Below are positions 10,052-18,934 of a DNA stretch of 32,000 nucleotides, piece by piece (position 1 is the stretch's first letter; each line of letters opens with the position of its first letter). The DNA is from a cyanobacterium endosymbiont of Braarudosphaera bigelowii. Its GTDB lineage: Bacteria; Cyanobacteriota; Cyanobacteriia; Cyanobacteriales; Microcystaceae. Position numbers and translations under genes: made by a program. The notes under the pieces are model-generated. The model did no database searches, was not told where the DNA came from, and was given only the letters and a program-made list of their open reading frames with translations. The DNA is taken from positions 780,001-812,000 of the forward strand of contig NZ_AP024987.1 of assembly GCF_020885515.1 (NCBI RefSeq), given 5' to 3'.

Positions 10052-11410
10052 TTATTTTTGGTATTCTAGTAAAGAAATAGCATATGAATCGAATTTAAGT
10101 TTGGTTAAGGCATTAGTAATTAGTTTTTCATCATTAGGCCAATAGCTCTCATCTAATCTAATTAATTTTTTACTTTTTTTATCTTGAAGAAATATAAAAA
10201 TTGGTATTTTAGTTTGATTATTTTTTCCTGCATGTCCATGTAGGACAGATTTTAAATCATTACAAGATGCTTGACTAGTTGCCTGTTCTAAACTCAAGTT
10301 AATAATGACTATTCTCATAGAATCTATATCTTTAGCATTTTCTATAACTATTTGTACTTTATCGTCTCGTAAATCAACTTTTCCCCAAATAATTAATACA
10401 GAATCTTTTACTAGAATATTTTTTATTTTTTTGTAGCTATTTGGAAAACAGACTCCTTCAATTTGGCTGGAAACATCTTCTAAAACTAAAAAGGCCATTT
10501 GATCTCCCTTTTTAGTTTTATATTCTTTAACTTCAGTAATAGTGGATACAACAGTAATTCTTCTTTTAACTTTTTGAGTCATTATCTCGTTAAAAGGAAG
10601 TGGAGAAAGTATTGAAACTGATTCTTTAACTATTCTTAAAGGGTGTTCTGAAACATAAAATCCAAGATACTCTTTTTCAAATTTGAGTTTGTCTTGCAAA
10701 GAAAAATCTTCAACTATTGGAGAACTCGGAACATCTTCATATTCTAAATCTAAGTTAGGATTACTAACGCTATTAGTAATTAAATCAAAAAGATTTAATT
10801 GACCACTTTCCTTATCTTTTGCTTTTTTTTGTGCCCAAGATATTACTAAATCAAGGTCATTAATTAATTGTTTACGATTACTAGCAATACTATCAAAAGC
10901 ACCAGAATAAATTAAAGTTTCTAATGCCCTTTTATTAACGGTTCTTAAATCAGTGTTAGAGCAAAAATCTGCCAGAGATTTAAATTTTGTGGCTAAGGTT
11001 AATTTTTTTCTAGCTTTTAAAATACTATCTATTGCCCCTTCTCCTAAATTTCTTACTGCTGATAATCCAAAAAGAATTTGGTCTCCTGAAGGAGTAAAAT
11101 CTTTTAGAGAAAGACTAATATCTGGAGGTAAAACTTTAATCCCCATTTTTTGACAATTTTCTCGATATTTGTCTACTTTTTCTTGATTATCACTATTCGC
11201 ACTCAGCAAAGCAGCCATGTATTCAACAGGGTAATTAGCTTTTAAATATGCTGTTTGATAGGTTATGTAAGCATAAGCAGTAGAGTGAGATTTATTAAAG
11301 CAATTGGAAGCTATTAAACCATTACTTAGTACGAAATTATGATCTTTCTCTAGGCCAATATCAAATACTTCATGCATTCCTAAAGACTTACGACGTATAA
11401 TTTTAGCCAT
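10052..11410 (-). CDS. dnaE: DNA polymerase III alpha subunit, C-terminal half (DnaE-C) with N-terminal C-intein
   Basis: 452 aa. The first 36 aa, MAKIIRRKSLGMHEVFDIGLEKDHNFVLSNGLIASN, are followed by CFNKSHSTAYAY, the canonical split DnaE IntC / +1 Cys-Phe-Asn extein junction. The remainder matches the DnaE C-terminal region (the YPVEYMAALL segment and an OB-fold-like tail). Confidence 0.95.
   Translation of the reverse strand: MAKIIRRKSLGMHEVFDIGLEKDHNFVLSNGLIASNCFNKSHSTAYAYITYQTAYLKANYPVEYMAALLSANSDNQEKVDKYRENCQKMGIKVLPPDISLSLKDFTPSGDQILFGLSAVRNLGEGAIDSILKARKKLTLATKFKSLADFCSNTDLRTVNKRALETLIYSGAFDSIASNRKQLINDLDLVISWAQKKAKDKESGQLNLFDLITNSVSNPNLDLEYEDVPSSPIVEDFSLQDKLKFEKEYLGFYVSEHPLRIVKESVSILSPLPFNEIMTQKVKRRITVVSTITEVKEYKTKKGDQMAFLVLEDVSSQIEGVCFPNSYKKIKNILVKDSVLIIWGKVDLRDDKVQIVIENAKDIDSMRIVIINLSLEQATSQASCNDLKSVLHGHAGKNNQTKIPIFIFLQDKKSKKLIRLDESYWPNDEKLITNALTKLKFDSYAISLLEYQK
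11303..11410 (-). other. Split-intein C-fragment (IntC, 36 codons) of DnaE
   Basis: Residues 1-36 of the ORF end in ...IASN, with the terminal Asn at 11303-11305. The catalytic +1 Cys codon follows directly at 11300-11302. Length and motifs (DIG..DHNF...NG.IASN) match known cyanobacterial DnaE IntC sequences. Confidence 0.9.
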
Positions 11411-11608
11411 AATTTTCCAATATAAAACTTTGATTTTTTTAAACTAACACTAACTCTTATGTATTAATAGCTATTTTGTCTTCATAGTAATATGTATAAT
11501 GTTTTTTATAAAACAAGATGATTAATATATTTAATAATTTTTACTTAAAAAGTATGGTTGGTAACTGATATTCTAATACGGCAATGTAGTGTTTAATTCT
11601 AAACAATT

Positions 11609-12736
11609 TTAATATAAATCATACTTTAATAAGGTACAGTTTAAAGAGCCATTATAAATGGAAGCACGGCTAGATGCTCTTAAACCAATCTGTTGAGTTA
11701 ATTTTTTATCTTCACTTAAAATATAGGCTACCCATCCCTTAAAACGATGTTTGAGTATATCACCTAGTAACTTATATAGTTTCCCCAATTCTTGAGAATT
11801 TCCTATACGCTTACCATAAGGAGGGTTGCAAATAACAATTCCTTTATCGAAAGGCGCTTCAATATCCTTTAAAGCCATTTTAACAAAATGAATATATTCT
11901 TCAATATTACATTTTTTTGCGTTAGCTTTTGCTTGTTTTATTACCGATAAATCACAATCATTGCCAAAAATAGGTGCTTTAAGTTTCTTTCTTTGCTTTT
12001 TGATTGCTTCGTTAATTATATTCTTATAAAGTTTTTCATCAAAATCTTGCCAAAATTGGAATCCAAAAGATTTTCTATTTAAACCTACGGCTATATTTAA
12101 ACTTTTCAAGGTTGCTTCAATGGGTATAGTTCCTGATCCACACATAGGATCTAATAAACAAATATCAGGTGTCCATTCTGCTATATCCAGTAGTGCCGCA
12201 GCTAAACTCTCTTTAATAGGTGCGAATCCCATAGCTGCGCGGTATCCTCTTCTATGCAAACTATTTCCAGAGCTATCCAAACTTAGAATGCATGAATTTT
12301 CACTAATATGTGCATTTATTAGAATGTTAGGATTTTTAGGATCAATGGTAGATCTTTCTTTAAAACGATCCCTCTGTTGATCAATAATAGAATTTTTAAT
12401 TTGTAGAGCAGTAAAGTGAGTATGATTTAGCTTTAAGTTTTTTCCTGTGCAATTTACTGCAAATGTTTGCTCTGTTGTTAAGAATTGAGACCAATCTATT
12501 TTATTAACATTATTATATAATTCCAACTCATCATTACATTGAATTGTAAAAATAGGCATTAAAAAACGAAGGATAGTTCTTGACCATATATTTGCCCTAT
12601 ATAGCAAAGATTTATCACCTTGAAAATATACTCCAGCAAATGTAATTTCAATATTCTTAGCGCTTAACTTTTTTAACTCTTGAGCAGCTACTTTTTCTAA
12701 TCCTCTGGCAACAGTTGCAAAATATTGATTAGGCAT
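11609..12736 (-). CDS. THUMP-domain class I SAM-dependent RNA methyltransferase (RlmL/UPF0020-like)
   Basis: 375 aa. The N-terminal region is THUMP-like, followed by DPMCGSGTIPIEA (SAM-binding motif I) and NPPYGKR (motif IV). Confidence 0.85.
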   Translation of the reverse strand: MPNQYFATVARGLEKVAAQELKKLSAKNIEITFAGVYFQGDKSLLYRANIWSRTILRFLMPIFTIQCNDELELYNNVNKIDWSQFLTTEQTFAVNCTGKNLKLNHTHFTALQIKNSIIDQQRDRFKERSTIDPKNPNILINAHISENSCILSLDSSGNSLHRRGYRAAMGFAPIKESLAAALLDIAEWTPDICLLDPMCGSGTIPIEATLKSLNIAVGLNRKSFGFQFWQDFDEKLYKNIINEAIKKQRKKLKAPIFGNDCDLSVIKQAKANAKKCNIEEYIHFVKMALKDIEAPFDKGIVICNPPYGKRIGNSQELGKLYKLLGDILKHRFKGWVAYILSEDKKLTQQIGLRASSRASIYNGSLNCTLLKYDLY

Positions 12737-13279
12737 TAATTTAATAACTTTGTAAAATAGTTCTTATCAGCTGTCATGGTTCTTCTAATATTTTTATTAT
12801 TAGAAATTGGCCTATGGTCAATTTCATAATAATATTATGTTACTGGTACTATTATTGATGTTAGCTCAATATCCAACTGTAAAACTAATCATACTAAGAG
12901 TGTATAAACTGATTAATTCTGATAAATTATACTAATAACTATAATGGTCTATCACTAACAAACTTATTAATAAAAGCAATTTTTAGTAAAAACACTACTA
13001 TTAAGAATAATCTCATAGATAAAATATTTAAGATTTGTCACAACTATGATTGCAGCAACTTGATTATAACAAATTCTTAAAATGAATATTTATTAATAGA
13101 TCACAAATTAAATAATACTTATAAAAATATTTTTTTATTATCTTTTATTGTTTAACAACGTATTCAATTCACTACCAAACTATGACTAAAAGCTATTGGA
13201 TAAACAACAACAGACAACAATTATTAAATTCTATAAATTCTTTATTCCCAAATTAGTCAAGTTTAGGATGTGGAGATAA

Positions 13280-14175
13280 ACACTATCCTTATCATACGAA
13301 CATTTAAAGCACATTCCTCCAATTTTCCTGTTAGTGGCAGTAAAAAACAAAGAGACTGTTGTTTATCAATTAGTGACGGAATTATGAAGTTTAGATTATG
13401 TTGCTGAAAAATACGATCTCTAGATCATAAATGACTATAGTACTAATAAAACGGTTGATATATTAGACGATTTGGCTCAAGAATACCCTCAAATTAATAT
13501 TTTTCATGACCTACTAAAGCAGGAGGTGGAAAGTCTAAAACCTTAAATGGTATTTTTCATAGGAAGAGATAGGTGTTGTATAGGTACGTAAAAGATTTTC
13601 TAACGAAACCTTAAATTTTGAAGTCTAGAATAATTGTCAGAAATAGCATTGGATAGTTTTTTCAAGAACAACTTATCTTATTAATTAATAGTATTGGAAG
13701 GCTAAGAACGTAATAGCTAATTTGTTCGTCACAGTGCTTTTTCTAAATGCGGAGAATGAAATAAACAGACTATTACCGATGATTTAGACTTGACTACTCG
13801 TCTACATTTAGATGGTTGGAAAATTAAATTCTTGGATTATCCTGCTCTTAAAAAAGAAGGCGTTATTAATGCAATATCTTTTACCGAGTGCTGCTATTCC
13901 TGATCTTATAATGATGGTTATCCATTATCGTTTATCTCTATCAAGTCCTTTGTTTGACAGGATTAATGTTGTCTCTATCCCGCTGGGGGATATTTATAGG
14001 TTTACGTCGATCTCAAGATAAAACAATTTGGACAACTGTTGATATGTTACGTTTAATCATAGAAACTTTATGGAGAGTATTGTACATGATGCATCGGTTC
14101 ATTATTATACCTCGTGTTACAGGAAGAATGTCAGTTAAAACTACACATTTAAAGTGGATTAAAACTATATATTAG
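13280..14175 (+). pseudogene. Family-2 glycosyltransferase pseudogene (multiple stops and frameshifts)
   Basis: GT2 motifs are readable but broken. The first fragment is LLVAVKNKETVVYQLVTEL*SLDYVAEKYDL*IINDYSTNKTVDILDDLAQEYPQINIFH, with in-frame TGA at 13385 and TAG at 13421. AGGGKSKTLNG follows in a shifted frame from 13519, then ITDDLDLTTRLHLDGWKIKFL from 13772. QYLLPSAAIPDL and GLRRS...YMMHRFIIIPRVTGRM...LKWIKT appear in two further frames. Track ORFs 13812..14021 and 13954..14175 are fragments of this gene. N-terminal TM remnants may extend upstream of 13280. Confidence 0.8.
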
Positions 14176-14621
14176 GAAAGCTTAGTAAACAGTTAAAGTA
14201 ATTCTTATAGTCATAACCTAAATTATTTAAAATGTAAATTGCCAATAATTTATTAGATACTAGAATTAAAAACATATAACTTATATCAAGAAAGTATCAT
14301 ATGGAAGAAATAGTAAAAACAATATTTATATACTTATGAAGTAAGATACTAAATGTAGTATGAAAGCAAGACTTCTATCACTAGCAATTATTTATAAAAA
14401 TCTCTTAAATGTAAAGCTTAGAATACTCAATTCCTAATTGATAGGGTATAAGAAAAATAAATTATTATTCATCACTATTTTTCTTGGATTGTATAAAATG
14501 TTAAGTGTTATTAAAACAATGGAGAAAATTCTTACTTTAAAAACAGTTTCTACTGTAAAAATAACCTGAAAGTTTAAGTTTAGTATTCTTTTAACTTTAT
14601 TTTATTTATATATAACTATAT

Positions 14622-15764
14622 ATGAAATACGCCTTAGTTCATGAATGGTTAACTCCAAAAGCTACAGGAGGTTCTGAATTAGTAGTCAAGGAAATTCTTA
14701 AGCATGTAAAAGCTGATGTTTATTCTCTTATTGACTTTGAATCCACTAATCCTAAAAGTTATCTTTATAACCGCCCCATTGGAACCACTTTCTTACAATA
14801 TTTTCCTTTAGCCCATAACGGCGTTCAAAAGTATTTACCTTTTTTACCTTTAGCTATAGAACAATTAGATTTAAGAAAATACGATGTAATATTATCTTCT
14901 TCTCATTCTGTGGCTAAAGGAATACTTGCAAGTCCACATCAACTTCATATCTGCTACTGTCATACACCAATGCGCTATGCTTGGGATTTGACCTTTGACT
15001 ATCTTAGAAATTCTCTAATAGGTAAAGGCATTCCTGGAATATTTACTCGTTATCTATTACATCATTTAAGACAGTGGGATGTTATTTCTGCTAATCGTGT
15101 TGATTTTTTTATAGCTAATTCTAATCACACAGCTAATCGTATATGGCGTTGTTATCGCCGTACAGCCACAGTTATATATCCTCCAGTAAATATAGACAGA
15201 TTTACCTTTACTGCTAATAAAGATAATTTTTATGTTACTGTTTCCAGGCTAGTTAGTTACAAAAAAATTAACCTAATTGTACAGGCTTTTAATAAGCTAG
15301 GATATCCTTTAATTATTATTGGTGATGGACCAGAGATTTCTAAAATTCGTCTGATCGCTCAACCGAATATACAAATTTTAGGAGCACAAAAAGATTCAGT
15401 AGTAGAAAAGTATGTTGCAAAAGCAAAAGCTTTTATATATGCTGCTTGTGAAGATTTTGGGATAGCTTTGGTTGAAGCTCAAGCTTGCGGCACCCCAGTA
15501 ATTGCTTATGGAAATGGCGGTGCGTTAGAAACTGTGATTGACATTCAACAAGACTTACAACATGGAACTGGAATTTTATTTAAAGATCAAACTGTTCAGT
15601 CTCTTGTTGATGCAGTTGAAACTTTCCAAGATTTTCAACATAAAGTAGATCCTGAAAGTTGTCGTCGTCAAGCGGAGAAATTTTCTCCTAAAATTTTTGA
15701 AACATCTTATTTAGCTTTTTTAGAAAAATGTTATAAAGATTTTACTAGAAATTCCTCATCATGA
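14622..15764 (+). CDS. Group 1 (GT4) glycosyltransferase
   Basis: 380 aa with a GT-B fold pattern. It begins MKYALVHEWL...GGSE and carries the C-terminal EDFGIALVEAQACGTPVIA (E-x7-E region). Confidence 0.88.
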   Translation: MKYALVHEWLTPKATGGSELVVKEILKHVKADVYSLIDFESTNPKSYLYNRPIGTTFLQYFPLAHNGVQKYLPFLPLAIEQLDLRKYDVILSSSHSVAKGILASPHQLHICYCHTPMRYAWDLTFDYLRNSLIGKGIPGIFTRYLLHHLRQWDVISANRVDFFIANSNHTANRIWRCYRRTATVIYPPVNIDRFTFTANKDNFYVTVSRLVSYKKINLIVQAFNKLGYPLIIIGDGPEISKIRLIAQPNIQILGAQKDSVVEKYVAKAKAFIYAACEDFGIALVEAQACGTPVIAYGNGGALETVIDIQQDLQHGTGILFKDQTVQSLVDAVETFQDFQHKVDPESCRRQAEKFSPKIFETSYLAFLEKCYKDFTRNSSS

Positions 15765-15836
15765 ACTTAAATTAATGTATGTAATTTATCTAGTAAAATT
15801 CTGACAAATTAATATGGTGTAATTTAGAGGGGTGAG

Positions 15837-16571
15837 ATGACTATTAATAACCAATTTACTTCTATCAAAACATTACAAATTTCAACAAAAAAAAAATTAA
15901 TTCCCTCAAATTTTCAAAAAATCTATTGTAGATTTCGATTACAGAATATATTAAGTAACCAATTTATTAAGAGATCTTTTGATATACTGTTTTCTTCATC
16001 TGTATTGATTATTTTTTTACCTCTTTACTTATTACTAGGTTTTTTAATAGCAGTTAGTTCTCCTGGTCCTATTTTTTATTTTCAGGAAAGAGCTGGAAAA
16101 AATTTTAAAAAGTTTAAATGTATTAAGTTCAGGACTATGGTTCAGAATGCAGATGAAGTATTAGAGTTAATAATGGCTAGTTCTCCACAAATTAGAGCTG
16201 AATTTGAAAATAATTTTAAGTTAAGGGAAGATCCTCGAGTTACTTGGATTGGAAAATTTCTCCGGTTAACTAGCTTAGATGAATTTCCTCAATTTTGGAA
16301 TGTTCTAAAAGGAGATATGAGCGTTGTTGGGCCTAGACCCCTAGTTACCGAAGAACTTTGTAAGTATGGAGATAAAATAGGAAAGGTTTTAACTATTCGC
16401 CCAGGAATTACTGGTTTGTGGCAAGTTTCGGGACGCAATGATATTCCTTATCCACAAAGAGTCCAAATTGATGTTTATTATGTAAATTATCATACTTGGA
16501 TTATGGATCTATGGATAATTTTTAAAACTATTGGAGTAATTGTTTTCCCAAAAAACAATGGTGCTTACTAA
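15837..16571 (+). CDS. Polyprenyl-phosphate sugar phosphotransferase (bacterial sugar transferase family, WbaP/EpsL-like)
   Basis: 244 aa with one N-terminal TM. Family motifs are KRSFD, GPIFY.QERAG, KFRTM, DE(F)PQFWNVLKGDMS(V)VGPRP and GITGLWQVSGRN. A GAGGGG Shine-Dalgarno sequence precedes the ATG. Confidence 0.88.
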   Translation: MTINNQFTSIKTLQISTKKKLIPSNFQKIYCRFRLQNILSNQFIKRSFDILFSSSVLIIFLPLYLLLGFLIAVSSPGPIFYFQERAGKNFKKFKCIKFRTMVQNADEVLELIMASSPQIRAEFENNFKLREDPRVTWIGKFLRLTSLDEFPQFWNVLKGDMSVVGPRPLVTEELCKYGDKIGKVLTIRPGITGLWQVSGRNDIPYPQRVQIDVYYVNYHTWIMDLWIIFKTIGVIVFPKNNGAY

Positions 16572-16711
16572 ACTAAGTATAAATAAATTATATACACTGA
16601 ATATATGATCTCTTTATTAAAAATAATTAAAGTTTACCTAGTCTAATCCATACAAATAATAGAGTATTTTTTTATTTTGTAGTTAGTTTTCTTACCAAAA
16701 TTTGTACTATA

Positions 16712-16757
16712 AAAGTTACCATAATTGAAAACTAAATTGTGGTAGCTTTTATTTACT
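16712..16757 (+). terminator. Strand-specific hairpin, possible terminator of the GT4/sugar-transferase unit
   Basis: AAAGTTACCATAATT (16712-16726) pairs with AATTGTGGTAGCTTT (16735-16749) as 15 bp when two G-U pairs are allowed. These pairs exist only in + strand RNA; on the - strand they are A-C mismatches. The loop is 8 nt and the tail is T-rich (TATTT). Confidence 0.35.
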
Positions 16758-16803
16758 ACAGATAAAAAAGTTTCTATTAGCATTAATATGTTTCTGAATT
16801 TCA

Positions 16804-17088
16804 CTATGCGATATTACAGGTTAAAGGGCATGATGCATAAACAGAAGTATTTATAGGAGTTGCTTTGCCATATAACCATCTTAGCCAGTGTACTTCTTGA
16901 GGATGTATACCCTTGATTGTCAATATAGCTGCACTTACAAAAATTACTAATAGATTAGCAGAGATTAAAGATCCGACAACTAATAATACAGAACTTATTG
17001 GTAAAACTGTTTGTAGAATAATTGATGTTAAAACACCAAAAGTTGCTAGAAACATAACCATGGGAAATCCTACGATTAGTAAGCACAC
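16804..17088 (-). CDS. Hypothetical small membrane protein (2 predicted TM helices)
   Basis: 94-aa ORF from a GTG. A more likely start is the ATG at 17061, preceded by AGGA 7 nt upstream, giving 85 aa. Two long hydrophobic segments are followed by the tail GIHPQEVHWLRWLYGK...CPLTCNIA. GC content is higher than the surrounding spacer and codon structure looks coding. No family was recognised. Confidence 0.45.
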   Translation of the reverse strand: MCLLIVGFPMVMFLATFGVLTSIILQTVLPISSVLLVVGSLISANLLVIFVSAAILTIKGIHPQEVHWLRWLYGKATPINTSVYASCPLTCNIA

Positions 17089-17819
17089 TATTAAAGAAAA
17101 ACTTCATATTAAAAAGCTTCTAATGATTAGAAAAGAATTAAAATTTTTCAAGTCTATTTTCTGTACAAAATTCATATATTATTACTCCTCAAAAAAGATA
17201 ATTTTAAACAATACTTATTTAAATAAGTATAAGTATCTTGATGAATTGATCGTAACTTCTGGCATAAAAGTTAACATATAAAAATAGCTTTTATTGTTTA
17301 CATATGGTAAGAAACACAGAGTAGCAATGTATTCTTCAAATATATAAATAATAAAAAGTATATTTTCTTATTTTCATACTACTTAATAAATCCTTTTAAT
17401 ATCATTTAAAATATATCTTTTAAGGTTATTAAATATAATGATTAAAATGTTTCAAATTTTAATTTGGTTTTTAATCTGATAATATTAACTATCAGTAATA
17501 TTCTGTTTAAAAGTAATATAAAATATGTAAAATAATGGTGACTTAAGAATCACATATGAAATGCTTAGTTCAAAACTATAATATAATTTACAATTACTAG
17601 GAAAAAATATCCAATCTTTTTCTAATATCTCTTTTACTAGGTTACTTCACTACTTGAAGTCTAATAAAATGACTTTACTGCTTTAACTCAGAAAAGGTTA
17701 TTATTTTAATAATAAAAAATAGAAGTTCAAGAAAGATTAAAACTATACTATATAGTTTTTAGCCTTCCTAAGATTCATATTGAATATACAACATGGCCTT
17801 TTTTAGATAAAACCGTCCT

Positions 17820-18905
17820 ATGAATGATGATTATTCACTATCAAATTATAACTATCATTTACCTTCAGAGCTAATCGCACAGAATCCTCTAGTTCCGAGA
17901 GATTCTTCACGTTTATTGGTGGTCAATTCTTCAAATACTCATGTACATAGCTTTTTTAACGAATTGCCGAAATGGTTACTACCTGGAGATTTACTAGTTT
18001 TCAATGATACACGTGTTGTTCCAGCAAGACTCTATGGGCAAAAGACTACCGGGGCTAAGGTTGAGGTTTTGTTACTAGAAGAGAAAGAACCTTTCACTTG
18101 GATTGTATTAGTTAAACCAGGTAAAAGATTTAAAATTGGTAGTAAAATTTTATTTACAGCAGTATTAGATGAATTCAAACAAGATTATCTACTTGAAGCA
18201 ACAGTAATAGATCACGATGAAAAAACAGGAGGAAGAGTATTAAAGTTTAATGTGAGTTCTAAAAGCGAATTTTGGGAAGCCTTAGAAAGAATTGGGCATC
18301 TTCCTCTACCACCTTATCTCACTAACTCTAGTGCAAATCCATCTCAGTATCAAACAATTTATGCACAAAAGCCCGGCGCAGTTGCTGCCCCAACAGCAGG
18401 TTTACACTTCACTCAAGAATTGTTGCAAAATTTGCAAAAAAAAGGAATCAATCAAGCTTATGTCACTTTACATGTAGGTCTGGGAACATTTCGTCCAGTT
18501 AATACAGATAATATAAAAGAACATACAATGCATCAGGAATGGATAGAGGTATCAAATCAAACAATCCAAAAAATTAATAAAACTAAAAGTAGTGGAGGAA
18601 GAGTTATAGCTGTGGGGACAACTGTAGTAAGAGCTTTAGAAGGAATGGCAGATGTAACCTCAATAGATAATAAGTATGATATAAAGTCTTTTTCAGGTAA
18701 AACTAATATTTTTATATATCCAGGATACAAGTGGCACTTAGTTGATGGAATGATTACGAATTTTCATCTTCCTAAATCTAGTTTGTTAATGCTTGTTAGT
18801 GCTCTGATAGGTAGAGATAGGTTGCTAGAGTTATATAAAATAGCTATTGAGGAGAAGTACCGCTTTTATTCCTTTGGAGATGGAATGTTGGTTTTATTAT
18901 CCTGA
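17820..18905 (+). CDS. queA: S-adenosylmethionine:tRNA ribosyltransferase-isomerase
   Basis: 361 aa. It shows Y.LP.ELIAQ.P...RD.SRLLV at the N-terminus, then PLPPY, APTAGLHFT, VGTT..RALE and a C-terminal YRFYSFGD. Confidence 0.95.
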   Translation: MNDDYSLSNYNYHLPSELIAQNPLVPRDSSRLLVVNSSNTHVHSFFNELPKWLLPGDLLVFNDTRVVPARLYGQKTTGAKVEVLLLEEKEPFTWIVLVKPGKRFKIGSKILFTAVLDEFKQDYLLEATVIDHDEKTGGRVLKFNVSSKSEFWEALERIGHLPLPPYLTNSSANPSQYQTIYAQKPGAVAAPTAGLHFTQELLQNLQKKGINQAYVTLHVGLGTFRPVNTDNIKEHTMHQEWIEVSNQTIQKINKTKSSGGRVIAVGTTVVRALEGMADVTSIDNKYDIKSFSGKTNIFIYPGYKWHLVDGMITNFHLPKSSLLMLVSALIGRDRLLELYKIAIEEKYRFYSFGDGMLVLLS

Positions 18906-18934
18906 ATAAACTGTGAGATTTAAAAATAGAGATT

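Noticed and set aside
13812-14175. Two overlapping plus-strand ORFs (69 and 73 aa) that could be called as small genes.
   Set aside because: Both are out-of-frame pieces of the same degraded GT2 gene. They carry the QYLLPSAAIPDL and GLRRS...LKWIKT blocks in the family order.
16448-16456. Exact DnaA-box sequence TTATCCACA, considered as a hint of a replication origin in the nearby AT-rich spacers.
   Set aside because: It is a single copy and lies inside the sugar-transferase coding sequence. I saw no cluster of boxes in any spacer and no dnaA or dnaN nearby.
16913-17281. 122-aa plus-strand ORF in the 16.6-17.8 kb spacer.
   Set aside because: It is Lys/Ile/Asn-rich and low-complexity. It overlaps the better-looking 2-TM ORF on the opposite strand and runs on into pure A/T spacer. 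It is most likely an AT-bias artefact.
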